From: an uncultured Staphylococcaceae bacterium
GTDB taxonomy: Bacteria; Bacillota_I; Bacilli_A; RFN20; CAG-826
Direction of reading: 5' to 3'
Length of the DNA: 64,000 nt
Assembly (NCBI GenBank): GCA_964504595.1
Contig: CAZDEE010000005.1
Coordinates: 7,883 to 71,882, forward strand
Part shown: in pieces, positions 19,183 through 30,341 of the stretch
How the letters are laid out: every line of letters starts with the position of its first letter
Position numbering within the stretch: the stretch's first letter is position 1
Made by a program: the position numbers and the translations under genes
Notes under the pieces: generated by a model
Told to the model about the DNA's origin: nothing
Databases searched by the model: none
What the model saw: only the letters and a program-made list of their open reading frames with translations

Positions 19183-19567
19183 ATATAAGTTATTTATTTT
19201 ACCATTATTGTTTTCTTGCTGCTCATGTACATATGGATCTTATAAAATGGTTAAAGGTTCTATTAATTCTTCTAAAAATTCGATTTCAGCATCTTATGAT
19301 AAATTTACTGGTCATATATCTAAAAAATTTAGTGATAAGAATAATAAATATGAATTTACAATCACTTGGACTCATTTTGAAAATAATGAAGGTACATTGA
19401 AGGTTGAAGCTAAAAAATCTAACAATTCGGTTGTTTTAGAAATTGATGAAGAAGTTGTTGGTGGAACAAGCCGCTTTCCTTTAAATTTCGAAGCCCCTTA
19501 TGAAATTAGTATTATTGGCTCTAATCATAGCGGTTCCTTTGTATTTTCGTGGACTAAAGTAATATAG
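19172..19567 (+). CDS. Putative lipoprotein
   Basis: Basic N-terminus, hydrophobic core and Cys-containing lipobox-like stretch (FSCCSC); GAGGAG RBS. Confidence 0.55.
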   Translation: MKNKYKLFILPLLFSCCSCTYGSYKMVKGSINSSKNSISASYDKFTGHISKKFSDKNNKYEFTITWTHFENNEGTLKVEAKKSNNSVVLEIDEEVVGGTSRFPLNFEAPYEISIIGSNHSGSFVFSWTKVI

Positions 19568-19582
19568 TTTATTGTTATATTT

Positions 19583-19664
19583 GCAGCTGTGGCGGAACTG
19601 GTATACGCGCTACTCTCAGAAGGTAGTGTCTTAACATGTGAGTTCAAATCTCATCAGCTGCACC
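19583..19664 (+). tRNA. tRNA-Leu(CAG)
   Basis: GCAGCTG/CAGCTGC acceptor, anticodon arm CTACT-CTCAGAA-GGTAG, short variable arm, TTCAAAT loop, A73; 3' end reads ACCG (no encoded CCA). Confidence 0.9.
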
Positions 19665-19677
19665 GTTAAAGAATACT

Positions 19678-19711
19678 AATCTTGATACAATATAAGTATC
19701 AGGATTTTTTT
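19678..19711 (+). terminator. Terminator after tRNA-Leu
   Basis: AATCTTGATAC...GTATCAGGATT plus T-run. Confidence 0.7.
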
Positions 19712-19787
19712 GTTTATTGGATTAAAAATTGTAAATAAAATAAAAAGCAAAAAAAATATTGTAACGATAATAATATAATGATACACT

Positions 19788-19807
19788 TTAATTGAACGAT
19801 TAATTAA
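19788..19807. promoter_or_regulatory. Candidate TetR operator
   Basis: Imperfect palindrome TTAATTGAAC/GATTAATTAA between a TATAAT and the tetR RBS. Confidence 0.5.
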
Positions 19808-19827
19808 GATGAAAAGGAGAATTATAT

Positions 19828-20409
19828 ATGAAACTATTTAATCAAAAACAACATGAACAAAAAAAGATTGAAATAATGGAGAAAAGCTATGAATGCTATG
19901 CTGAATATGGATTTAGTAATGTGGGTATAAAAGCATTAGCGAAAGCCTGTGGTTGTGCTTCAGGAAGTCTATATAGCTATTTTGTAGATTTAGATGATTT
20001 AGTTATTCAATCTACAGAGTATTGTATGAGTAAAGTAGAAGATGATTTTATGAATTTAGCACCAAAGACAGTAGATGAGTTGTGGGAATTTATAGATAAA
20101 GTACCATATTGGACCGCGGAGCATCATGGTAAGAAGTATCGGTTAATGTATCAAATATATACAAATCCAAAATATATAGCATATGGAAAGAAATTCTTTG
20201 AAGGAGTAAATAAAAGATATACAGAATATGCAAAGATATTAGAACCAAAATTAGGATTATCATATAACGTAATAGTGTCATTTATTTTTATATTGATAAG
20301 AGCCTCAGTTCATTATGCCTTGTTTGAAGATGAAATGTATTTACAAGCCCAAATTAGTGTTTTAAAGGAATCATTAAAATTGTTTATTGAAAATAAAAAT
20401 AATAAATAG
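19828..20409 (+). CDS. TetR/AcrR family transcriptional regulator
   Basis: YGFSNVGIKALAKACGCASGSLYSYF HTH. Confidence 0.9.
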   Translation: MKLFNQKQHEQKKIEIMEKSYECYAEYGFSNVGIKALAKACGCASGSLYSYFVDLDDLVIQSTEYCMSKVEDDFMNLAPKTVDELWEFIDKVPYWTAEHHGKKYRLMYQIYTNPKYIAYGKKFFEGVNKRYTEYAKILEPKLGLSYNVIVSFIFILIRASVHYALFEDEMYLQAQISVLKESLKLFIENKNNK

Positions 20410-20424
20410 AGGAGGAATAAACAA

Positions 20425-23400
20425 ATGAAGCCTAATAAGAGATTCTTGAGTCTGTTGTTTGTTGTGACAATGTTAGTAGGCTGTGGAAGTAATAATGGAG
20501 TAACAAGTGGAAATGAAACACCAAGTAGTAATGTTGTAACTGATACTGCAACAAGTAGTGGTGGTTCAACAATAGAGGATACTAAACCTAAATACTATAA
20601 GGTACTATTTAAAGTAGACAATCGAAATTATGATGTTGCTTTAGTAGAAAATGCTAGTGATATAGAATTTCCAGATACTCCAGAAAAAGATGGTTATACC
20701 TTTGTAGGATGGTTTGATGAAAAAGATAATCAATTTACATCAGGAAGCGAATTAACTGAAGACATAGTAGTAGAAGCAAGATTTAAAGCGATTAATTATA
20801 ATATTAATTATGATGTAAATGGAGGAACAAGAGATAATACTAATAATAGTTATACTATAGAAGAAGAAGTAATATTAGGCGAAGCAAGTAAAGAGGGTTA
20901 TACCTTCGATGGATGGTATAGTGGCGAAGAAAAAGTCACAAGTATTGAAAAAGGTAGTACAGGAAATATTAACCTTGAAGCACGATATAATGTTATTAAT
21001 CATGATATTAAATATGAGAATACATATGGATTAGCAAATGAAAATAATCCGTTAAGTTATAACATAGAAAGTGGAACAATAACATTTTATGATTTACCCG
21101 ATAGAGCGGGATTTACCTTTGCTGGATGGTCATATAATGGAGCGGAAAGTAGTACAAGAGAATTAGAAGCTAGTGAACTAGAAGGAAGTATTACTTTAAA
21201 AGCGATGTGGAATGAAGTAGCGGATTTATCACCATTTACATATGTAGTAGATGATAATAGACACGTTAAAATCACAGGGATAAAAGATGTAAATGCTAAA
21301 GAGATAGTAGTTCCTGATTATGTATATGAAATAGAATTAGGAGCCTTTAAGAATTGTAAAAGTGTAGAGAAGTTAACTATACCTTATACTGGTAATAGAT
21401 CAAATGGTGAATATTATGCATTAGGATATATCTTTGGAGCTCAATCATATGTTCAAAATGATATAATACCTGCTTCATTACATGAAGTTACAGTTACTGG
21501 AAGATATTCTAATAACGAAAGATTAAGAACTAATTCCTTCTATAACTGTATGAATTTAACTAATATTGTTATTGGTAATGGCTTTACGTATATGGAAACT
21601 AGAATATTTTATGATTGTTTCGCTTTAACGGATTTAACGATTCCTTTTGTAGGAGAAGAAAGAAAGGATAGTATTAGTGATGTAGTTCGTCATTTTAGCT
21701 GGATTTTTTCTAGTGAAACTGGCAACAGCGAAAAAATGTATTATGGTTTTACGCATTATAATTATCTCGATCATCAAGATGATTATAATTTATATAATAA
21801 TGGTTATGTTAAAACGGCTCGTGGTTATATACCAAATTCATTAAAGAATATTACAATTGGAGGAGGTAATATAGGTGATTGCTGTTTAGAATACCTTGAA
21901 AAGGTTGAAACAATTACGATTAAAGAAGGTACTACTTATCTTGGATATAATGCCTTTAATGGATGTAGTTCCTTAAAGGAACTTAATGTTCCTGATTCAG
22001 TTGAGATTGTAGAAGACTTTCTTATGCAATTTTATAATACAACTTTTTATAACAATAAAATTAATGATGCTTTAAAAGGTGATGGCTTTATTTATTTAAA
22101 TGATAAAGTTGTTGCTTCATATGTTGGTGATGAAACAGATGTAATTATTCCTGAAGGTGTTGTTACTCTTGCTGATGGAGCATTTACAAAATGGAGCTTT
22201 GGCGATATTAAGTTATGTCCAAACGTTGAAAAAATAACTTGTCCAAGTTCTTTAAAATATATAGGTGTGTATTGTGATGGAGGCGGTGGAGCTTTCTCTT
22301 CTTGTGATGTGGAGCAAGTAATTTTAAATGATGGTCTTGAGATGATTGGTGCAGGCACATTTGAAGGTAAGTCCGTTTCTGATATTGTAATTCCTGATTC
22401 CGTCACTTATGTTGGTAATGATGCATTTTATAATACTGAGTGGCTTAATAATCAACCTGATGGTCCGGTATATGCTGGTAAATCATTATATACATATAAA
22501 GGTAGTATGCCTGTTAACTATACCTTAGAAATTAAAGAAGAAACAACTTGTATTGTAAACTTTGCTTTAGCTGACCAATCTAATTTAATTGGTGTTTCAA
22601 TTCCTAGTAGTGTGCACACTATTAGTTCATATGCATTTAGAAATGATACGAATTTAGCAAGTGTTTTATTACCTGATAATTTATTACATTTAGGGTATAT
22701 GGCATTTGATAAGTGCACTGCACTTTCTGAATTAGTCATTCCTAATAAATTAAAATTGTTGCCAAACATATCTTTAAACACAATTAATGTAAAATTATCT
22801 TTTGCCGATGATAGCCAAATAGAAATAATTTCTTCTAATGCTTTGAGAAGCTTTAAAAATCAGGTTATTGAACTTCCTAGTAGTATTAAACAATTTGAAT
22901 ATTGTTCTCTTGTAGCAGAAAAAACTTTAACTATTATTATTCCTAATGGTACTAATTTGACAAGATTTGATAAGCAAAGCACAGGATATAAAAATGATTC
23001 ACCTGCAACTATCATATTTATGGGAACAGAAAATAATTATAATTTTGGCACAGGAAATTTTTATTACTATAGTGAAGGTGAACCTGCATGTGATGAAAAC
23101 GGCACTTATATTGGTAATTATTGGCATTATGATGTCAATGGAAATATCATTATTTGGGGTCAAGAGGGTAGTGCATATTTCACAGTTATAGAAAATTCTC
23201 AATCAAGTTGGACAAGTTATAATGCAGATAAACTATTTGATAATAGTAATAGTGTTAGTTGGCGGATTGGAACTGACTCATATAATGCTGAAACAGGTGC
23301 TTACTTTGTTGTAGAGGCTAGTAGAGAAATATTACTTAGAGGTTATACAATTACAGTAGAACATGCAAATTATCCAAAAGGTAATGCTTATCTTCCTAAA

Positions 23401-23652
23401 TCATGGGTTGTATATGGTTCAAATGATTTTGACGATTGGACATTAATTGATGCAGTTGATAATAGCGGTTATTATGCAGAGAACTATGCATATAGTAGTT
23501 TAACTTATACACAACATACTTATAATGTAGATGATGATTCGATGGCATATAAGTATTATAAGTTTGTATTCCATTCTTATAGTGAAGATTATGATGATAT
23601 TAAAAATGATTTAAAGATTAATGAAATTAAATTTGATTATGTAAAAGCTTAA
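20425..23652 (+). CDS. Surface lipoprotein: InlB B-repeats, BspA-type leucine-rich repeats, C-terminal discoidin/F5-8C-like domain
   Basis: Lipobox LVGC; three (K/R)xGYTFxGW-type B-repeats; IP..V..I...AF..C..L repeats; C-terminal LFD....W...Y.I......PKSW.VYGSND..W.LID...YKYYKF. Confidence 0.85.
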   Translation: MKPNKRFLSLLFVVTMLVGCGSNNGVTSGNETPSSNVVTDTATSSGGSTIEDTKPKYYKVLFKVDNRNYDVALVENASDIEFPDTPEKDGYTFVGWFDEKDNQFTSGSELTEDIVVEARFKAINYNINYDVNGGTRDNTNNSYTIEEEVILGEASKEGYTFDGWYSGEEKVTSIEKGSTGNINLEARYNVINHDIKYENTYGLANENNPLSYNIESGTITFYDLPDRAGFTFAGWSYNGAESSTRELEASELEGSITLKAMWNEVADLSPFTYVVDDNRHVKITGIKDVNAKEIVVPDYVYEIELGAFKNCKSVEKLTIPYTGNRSNGEYYALGYIFGAQSYVQNDIIPASLHEVTVTGRYSNNERLRTNSFYNCMNLTNIVIGNGFTYMETRIFYDCFALTDLTIPFVGEERKDSISDVVRHFSWIFSSETGNSEKMYYGFTHYNYLDHQDDYNLYNNGYVKTARGYIPNSLKNITIGGGNIGDCCLEYLEKVETITIKEGTTYLGYNAFNGCSSLKELNVPDSVEIVEDFLMQFYNTTFYNNKINDALKGDGFIYLNDKVVASYVGDETDVIIPEGVVTLADGAFTKWSFGDIKLCPNVEKITCPSSLKYIGVYCDGGGGAFSSCDVEQVILNDGLEMIGAGTFEGKSVSDIVIPDSVTYVGNDAFYNTEWLNNQPDGPVYAGKSLYTYKGSMPVNYTLEIKEETTCIVNFALADQSNLIGVSIPSSVHTISSYAFRNDTNLASVLLPDNLLHLGYMAFDKCTALSELVIPNKLKLLPNISLNTINVKLSFADDSQIEIISSNALRSFKNQVIELPSSIKQFEYCSLVAEKTLTIIIPNGTNLTRFDKQSTGYKNDSPATIIFMGTENNYNFGTGNFYYYSEGEPACDENGTYIGNYWHYDVNGNIIIWGQEGSAYFTVIENSQSSWTSYNADKLFDNSNSVSWRIGTDSYNAETGAYFVVEASREILLRGYTITVEHANYPKGNAYLPKSWVVYGSNDFDDWTLIDAVDNSGYYAENYAYSSLTYTQHTYNVDDDSMAYKYYKFVFHSYSEDYDDIKNDLKINEIKFDYVKA

Positions 23653-23705
23653 TAAAATTTACATTAGATAATATAAAGCTACTTTAAAAGATTTTTTAAA
23701 ATCTA

Positions 23706-23740
23706 GGGTGGTATCTCCTTATAGGATGCCACCCCTTTTT
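23706..23740 (+). terminator. Rho-independent terminator
   Basis: GGGTGGTATC...GATGCCACCC plus T-run. Confidence 0.75.
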
Positions 23741-23856
23741 ATTTTTAATAAAATATCAAATATTAATAATTAATCTAGATTTTAAACTATTAAAACTAAT
23801 TTTGGGAGATGATTAAAAAAACTATAATTTATATGTACAGAAGGAAGTGATTTTAT

Positions 23857-24466
<610 letters not shown>

Positions 24467-24739
24467 TAACATTTAATATACAGAAATTATTTGTTTAATA
24501 AAAATATAAAATCAATTTCTTGTATTTTTTCTTTTCTCCTTATATATTTAGTTAAATAATTTCAAAAAAATACATAATTGTATGAAACAAATTTAATAAT
24601 TTATACTTGTAAACAAATATAATGATTTATCATTGACTCTTTAAAATTTGATTTATGTATTTAGAATTTAATATAAAATAGTCTTTGCTTATTTGATATT
24701 TGGTATAAAAAAATACAAATAAGTATTATCCATTTCTAA

Positions 24740-25136
24740 AAAGACAATATATTAATGGATATAAGCTCTTTATGGCTAGAAATCAAGGAAGTGGTAATTT
24801 TGGAGAAGGATTTAGTACTCCAATTTTTGCAAAACCTAATGAATGTTGTACTGAAACATTTATTGTCATTGGTACATTTGATATAGAACAAGAAATGAAT
24901 AATTGTTGGAAGTATATTAAAACAAAATTTTTTAGAGCATTAGTTGGTGTTAGAAAACAAGATCAGGGAGCATCTAAAGCCGTTTATCATTATGTTCCTC
25001 TTCAAATTTTTATAGAGAATTCTGATATTTACTGGTCTAAATCTATTTCTGAAATTGATTGTCAATTATATAAAAATATAATTTATCTCAAGAAGAAATA
25101 GATTTTATTGAAAGTAAAGTAAAAGCAATGGATTAA
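24740..25136 (+). pseudogene. C-terminal fragment of an Eco57I-type restriction-modification methyltransferase
   Basis: CTETFIVIG...YIKTKFFRALV...VPLQ...WSKSISEID.QLY; frameshift in an A-run, the other frame continues YNLSQEEIDFIESKVKAMD; no N-terminal MTase motifs. Confidence 0.8.
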
Positions 25137-25327
25137 GTATATTTTTAGTATAATTCAGTTCTGTTTTATAAAATTTTATTATAAAAAGCTAGTATTATTG
25201 ATATAAATAATATCAGAAAACTAGTATTTTTAATGATTATTATAATAAATAAAGAATCTAAAATTTTAAATAAAAAATTAATAATAAATTAAATTAGTTC
25301 TTGTATAATAATTTACGGGTGATAAAA

Positions 25328-25885
25328 ATGAAAAATGATAGAAATAACTTTAATCTTATATTAGATGAAAACAATCGATTTGTATTAGATATGTTGGTCA
25401 GAGATGACAGTGGTTTTATTTCTCCATATTGTGGTAATTTGCCTGTTATTAGTGGTGAAGCGGCAGCGTATTTAGAAAATACAGTAAAAAATATACCAGT
25501 AAAATTCAATATATCATTACATATAAAGTGCAGTGATTTATCAAGAAATAAGCAAGAATTGTATCGAAATTCAATTAAGAATTATTATAAAAATGCTATT
25601 CAGCAAACTATGCGTGATTTATTTAATACGACCGCAATTGCGTTGGTGATGGCAATTATTGGCATAGGTGTTATTGTTTTAATGCTAATTCTTACTTCTA
25701 AAGGACTTGGAGAATTATGGAATATAGTATTAGAAATAGTAGGATGGGTTTTCCTTTGGGAGTCAGTTGATAAATTTTTTTTTGAAAGACAAAAGCTTAA
25801 ACATGAACTACGTAGGGCTTATCAATTTATTAATGCTGATATTAAATTTATAGATATATCTAATCAAATTGAAAATATAATATAG
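25328..25885 (+). CDS. Hypothetical 2-TM membrane protein
   Basis: ISGEAA.YLE, two TM helices, EIVGWVFLWESVD.FFFER motif. Confidence 0.65.
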   Translation: MKNDRNNFNLILDENNRFVLDMLVRDDSGFISPYCGNLPVISGEAAAYLENTVKNIPVKFNISLHIKCSDLSRNKQELYRNSIKNYYKNAIQQTMRDLFNTTAIALVMAIIGIGVIVLMLILTSKGLGELWNIVLEIVGWVFLWESVDKFFFERQKLKHELRRAYQFINADIKFIDISNQIENII

Positions 25886-26003
25886 AAGTTCTGTTTGTAT
25901 CGAAATGCTTAACGAATGAGAAAAAATTATTAATTATGCTATTCTTTTTATAAAGCAATTAATATCATGGATATTTTTTTGCTACTAAAAAGGAGTTTTA
26001 AAG

Positions 26004-26348
26004 ATGGAAGAAATTAATGAATTAAGTGAAATATTTAAAGCTTGTCAGAAAACTTTACAAGCGATTGGTGATGAGAACCGACAACATATGATTCTTATGA
26101 TGTTAAGTATGAGAAGATGTAAAGGAGTTCGAGTTGGGGTAATTTCTCAAAAAACTAATTTATCTAGAACTGCTGTTTCTAAACATTTAAAGACTTTAAT
26201 GGAAGTAGGTCTTATTAAAGTTAGAAGAGAAGGAACAAAAAATTATTATTATTTTTTTGCAGAAGATGAAACATTAGATAATTTAATAAAATTATTTACT
26301 TTAGCCAAAAATATAATGAAAGAATTACCGGATAGAAATGGAGATTAA
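26004..26348 (+). CDS. ArsR/SmtB family regulator
   Basis: AIGDENRQ.MI, LSRTAVSKHLK.L...GLI.VRREG..NYY. Confidence 0.9.
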   Translation: MEEINELSEIFKACQKTLQAIGDENRQHMILMMLSMRRCKGVRVGVISQKTNLSRTAVSKHLKTLMEVGLIKVRREGTKNYYYFFAEDETLDNLIKLFTLAKNIMKELPDRNGD

Positions 26349-26351
26349 AAT

Positions 26352-27020
26352 ATGGAATTAATTGATGCAATTAAAGCAAGGCATAGTGTTAGACAATATT
26401 TAGATAAACCAATAGAAGAAGAAATACTTAGTGAAATTAGAAAAGAAATTATTGAATGTAACAAGGAAAGTGGATTACATATTCAATTGGTTTCTAATGA
26501 ACCGAAAGCATTTGATTCTTTTATGGCTCATTATGGTAAATTTTCAGGTGTCAGTAATTATATTGCTTTAATTGGCAAAAAAGGAAAAAAGTTAGATGAA
26601 TTATGTGGCTTTTATGGGGAACGAATAGCGGTTAGAATTCAACAATTAGGTTTAAATTCTTGTTGGGTTGCAATGACTTATAAGAAGATACTATCAGCGT
26701 TTGTTATTGATAAGGGTGAAAAATTAACTGTTGTAATTGCATTTGGCTATGGTAAAAATCAAGGTTCAAATCATAAAATTAAAGCAATTGATAAAGTTAG
26801 TAATGTTAGTGATGATACTCCATTATGGTTTAAAAATGGTGTTGAATTAGCGCTTCTTGCTCCTACCGCTATGAATCAACAAAAATTTAAGTTTTATTAT
26901 GAAAATGGTAATGTTACTGCAAAAGCAGGAGTGGGATTTTATAGTAAAGTTGATTTAGGAATTGCTAAATATCATTTTTTTATTGGAGCAAATGGCGAAT
27001 TTAAATGGAATTTTGATTAA
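26352..27020 (+). CDS. Nitroreductase family protein
   Basis: ARHSVRQY, GLNSCWV, LAPTAMNQQ, DLGIAKYHF. Confidence 0.9.
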   Translation: MELIDAIKARHSVRQYLDKPIEEEILSEIRKEIIECNKESGLHIQLVSNEPKAFDSFMAHYGKFSGVSNYIALIGKKGKKLDELCGFYGERIAVRIQQLGLNSCWVAMTYKKILSAFVIDKGEKLTVVIAFGYGKNQGSNHKIKAIDKVSNVSDDTPLWFKNGVELALLAPTAMNQQKFKFYYENGNVTAKAGVGFYSKVDLGIAKYHFFIGANGEFKWNFD

Positions 27021-27097
27021 TTAATTCTCATATAAAAAATATTTCACGATGAAAATAGATATACAGAAACTAGGTTTTTAAAAAGAGTTGACACTTA

Positions 27098-27112
27098 TCT
27101 ACTGAAAGTAGA
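27098..27112. promoter_or_regulatory. Palindromic operator TCTACT-N3-AGTAGA upstream of degV
   Basis: Perfect palindrome directly after TTGACA (27088); a near-identical copy lies at 30177-30191. Confidence 0.55.
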
Positions 27113-27209
27113 GTAAGAGAAAAAACAATTCTATTATTTTTATGTTCCGTAGGTGTATCTATTTTTTTTATTGTGTTAGATTTAAATCACATCAACAGGA
27201 GGTTTTATT

Positions 27210-28100
27210 ATGAGTGATTTTGTTATTATTGCTGATTCTACATGTGATTTAAGTTCAGAGTTAAGAAAACAATATGATATTGATTATTTTAGAATGAGTG
27301 TGATTGTCGATAACAATCCTTTAATCGCATCATTGGATTATGATGAATTTTCAGTTAAAGATTTATATAATTGGATGAGAAATGGTAAAACTGTTACAAC
27401 CGCACAAATAACTAACGAAGAATTTATTAGTAGATTTACAAAATATTTAGATGAAGGAAAAGATGTTTTATATATTGCTTGTTCATCAGGATTATCCGGA
27501 TCATATAATGCTTCGTTAATTATTAAAGATACGTTATTAAAAAAGTATCCATCAAGAAAAATATTCTGTATTGATTCTCTTAATGCTTGTATGGGACAAG
27601 GTCTTATTGCTATAAAAGCGGCTTCTTTAAGAAATGAAGGGGCAACCATTGATGAAGTTAGAGATATAATTGAATCTACAAAGTTGTGTTCAAATCAATT
27701 TTGTGCAACTGAAACATTAACATATCTTCATCGTGCGGGAAGAGTAAAAGGTTCAAAAGCCTTCTTTGGTAATTTATTTGGTATTAAACCAATTATTATT
27801 AGTGACGCTAAAGGAATTAATTTTGCTTTACCTGAAAAAGTAAAAGGTAGAAAAAAATCATTATTAGAAATTATTCGTTTAACAAAAGAGAATGGCGTTG
27901 ATTTAGAAAATCAAATATTATATGTCGTTCATGCTGATTGTGAAGAAGATGCTAAATTTGTTAAAGAAAAATTAATTAAAGAAGTTCATCCAAAAGATGT
28001 TTATATTGGAGTAATTGGACCTATTATTGGTGCCTCAGTTGGTCCAGGAACAGTTGCTATTTATTCTTGGGGTAATAAAGTTACAACAAATGAAGATTAG
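27210..28100 (+). CDS. DegV family fatty acid-binding protein (FakB-like)
   Basis: ADSTCDL, TTAQ, SSGLSGSYN, IDS, YLHRAGR, IKPII, IGASVGPG. Confidence 0.95.
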   Translation: MSDFVIIADSTCDLSSELRKQYDIDYFRMSVIVDNNPLIASLDYDEFSVKDLYNWMRNGKTVTTAQITNEEFISRFTKYLDEGKDVLYIACSSGLSGSYNASLIIKDTLLKKYPSRKIFCIDSLNACMGQGLIAIKAASLRNEGATIDEVRDIIESTKLCSNQFCATETLTYLHRAGRVKGSKAFFGNLFGIKPIIISDAKGINFALPEKVKGRKKSLLEIIRLTKENGVDLENQILYVVHADCEEDAKFVKEKLIKEVHPKDVYIGVIGPIIGASVGPGTVAIYSWGNKVTTNED

Positions 28101-28237
28101 TAAATAAAAAAGGATTAAATGAAAAACTAGGAAATATTAGTTTTCCTGTTTTTTTTTTATTCAGTAATAACTAGAATAAAAGAAATAAATAACAAAAAAT
28201 CTAAAAAGGTATTATAATATCTAACGAGGTGTTTTTT

Positions 28238-29449
28238 ATGAAGTTAGAGCCAATTATTATTAGTTTATTAGACACTGATTTCTATAAGTTTAATATGAAT
28301 CAGGTCATTTTCCATAAGCATACAGACGCAAATGGAATATACTATTTTAAATGTCGAAATGATAATATAGTTTTTAGTGATGAAATGGTTGAGGAAATTA
28401 ATGCCCAAATTGATCATTTATGCACATTAAGATTTACAAAAAAAGAATTAGATTATTTAAGATCAATTAGATTTATTAAAGATGACTATGTTGAATTTTT
28501 AAGATTATGGCATCCTATTAGAGATTATGTAAATTGCTATAAAGATGAAAATGGTATGCTTGTATGTATCGTTAAAGGCCCTTGCTTTTCCGCAATGCAA
28601 TTTGAGATATATTTATTAGAAATAATTAATGAAGTATATTTTAGAATGAAATACGATTACGAAGAATTGGTTTTATCCGCAAAAGAAAGATTAGAAGAAA
28701 AAATTAATAAAATGAATAATGGTACATATACTTTTTCTTTTGCAGAGTTTGGTTGCCGAAGAAGATTGTCTAGAGAATGGCAAGATTATGTTGTTCAACA
28801 ATTTATAACCCGTACTAAATTATGTAAAGGAACTTCTAATGTTTATTTAGCAATGAAATATGGAGTGACTCCAATTGGCACCTACGCTCATGAATTTGTC
28901 CAAATGTATCAAGGATTTCCATCACTTCCTTTAGCGTATACTAATCACTATGCTTTAAAAGATTGGCTAGATGAATATCAAGGTGATAATGGTATTGCTT
29001 TGACCGATACTTTGACAACTGATCTATTTTTATTAGATTTTGATTTACTTCATGCAAGTTCATATAAAGGTGTTAGACACGATTCAGGGGATCCGTTTGA
29101 ATGGGGAGAAAAAATCATTGCGCATTATGAAAAATTAGGTATTGATCCAAAATCTAAATCTTTATTATTCAGTGATAGTTTAGATTTTGATAAAGCACAA
29201 AAATTATATGATTATTTCAAAGATAGAATTAAAGTTACCTTTGGAATTGGTACATTTGTTTCTAACGACACTAAAGAAACCCCATTAAATATTGTAATTA
29301 AATTACAATCTATTAATGGTAGACCAGTAGCTAAATTATCCGATGTTAAAGGTAAAACAATGTGCATGGATGAAGATTATTTAGAATATTTAACTAGAGC
29401 GGTTGAATATCGAATTAATGAAGAAAAGTTATTAAATGGTAATAAGTAA
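28238..29449 (+). CDS. pncB: Nicotinate phosphoribosyltransferase
   Basis: SLLDTDFYK, EFGCRRR, GTSNV, GTYAHE, RHDSGDP, FSDSL, FGIGT, LNIVIKL, KLSD. Confidence 0.95.
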   Translation: MKLEPIIISLLDTDFYKFNMNQVIFHKHTDANGIYYFKCRNDNIVFSDEMVEEINAQIDHLCTLRFTKKELDYLRSIRFIKDDYVEFLRLWHPIRDYVNCYKDENGMLVCIVKGPCFSAMQFEIYLLEIINEVYFRMKYDYEELVLSAKERLEEKINKMNNGTYTFSFAEFGCRRRLSREWQDYVVQQFITRTKLCKGTSNVYLAMKYGVTPIGTYAHEFVQMYQGFPSLPLAYTNHYALKDWLDEYQGDNGIALTDTLTTDLFLLDFDLLHASSYKGVRHDSGDPFEWGEKIIAHYEKLGIDPKSKSLLFSDSLDFDKAQKLYDYFKDRIKVTFGIGTFVSNDTKETPLNIVIKLQSINGRPVAKLSDVKGKTMCMDEDYLEYLTRAVEYRINEEKLLNGNK

Positions 29450-29477
29450 ACAAAAAAAGAATCAGCACGATTCTTTT

Positions 29478-30068
29478 TTATTTTATTTTAATAATTCTAG
29501 ACCAAACAAAGATGGCTATTTGAGCTGGTATTCCGACAACAAAGATCAAAAACATATTATATGTTGTAAGAAGTTCGACAAATAAACTAGTTAAAAATGT
29601 CCAAAGTAAAATACTAAGAATTATGGCTTGAAATCTCCTAGACTTTTTTCTATATGCTATTTCAATGACTAATGCTGTTGCAGGCAATCCCCACAAAAAT
29701 AATTCTAAATGAACATCACCTTTGATTAAAATTAAATAAGTAAAAACAACGCTTATTATTGTCCAAACAACTGTGGCCATTAAAATAGTTGTACATAATA
29801 AGTTTTTATTTTTTACTTTTTCTGGAATATATTTTTGTCTATTTGCAATGCTATCTTTATGAAATAAAAAATCAATGGTGACATTAAAATAAGAGGCGAT
29901 TTTCAATAAAACTTCTGCTTCTGGAATAGCTTCACCACGTTCCCATTTAGAAATTGCTTTTGGACTGTAATTTAAATAATCTGCGAGTGTTTGTTGGGTA
30001 ATGTTTTGTTCTTTTCTTAAATGAGCAAGATTTTCACCGAATATTTGTTTTACATTTTGATTTTCCAT
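29478..30068 (-). CDS. XRE-family HTH regulator with about 4 C-terminal TM helices
   Basis: LRKEQNITQQTLADYLNYSPKAISKWERGEAIPE followed by hydrophobic helices. Confidence 0.9.
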   Translation of the reverse strand: MENQNVKQIFGENLAHLRKEQNITQQTLADYLNYSPKAISKWERGEAIPEAEVLLKIASYFNVTIDFLFHKDSIANRQKYIPEKVKNKNLLCTTILMATVVWTIISVVFTYLILIKGDVHLELFLWGLPATALVIEIAYRKKSRRFQAIILSILLWTFLTSLFVELLTTYNMFLIFVVGIPAQIAIFVWSRIIKIK

Positions 30069-30176
30069 TTATTAAAACCTCACTTTATAAAAATATTGCT
30101 TAATCATTGCGGTATTGTAATAATACTACCACAAATTAATTTATTTAGTGACAGAAATTATCTAAAAAAATTAAAT

Positions 30177-30231
30177 TCTATTATCAGTAGACATTAAAAA
30201 ATAAGTTTCTACTTTAAAATCACACAGTAGA
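30177..30231. promoter_or_regulatory. Operator-like palindrome and half-sites in the XRE/fakA divergon
   Basis: TCTATT-ATC-AGTAGA (30177-30191), TCTACT (30208), CAGTAGA (30225-30231). Confidence 0.5.
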
Positions 30232-30341
30232 TTTACTTGTAAATGGTGATATGGTAGAGTTATTTTGTCTTGATATGTAAGGCATATGTTATTTAAATAG
30301 TTATATACAGTTTTATTGTAGTAAAGAAAAGGTGATTTAAT

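Noticed and set aside
30258-30290. SigmaE/K-like promoter (CATATGTT) before fakA
   Set aside because: The -35 match and spacing are poor; too weak to call in AT-rich DNA.
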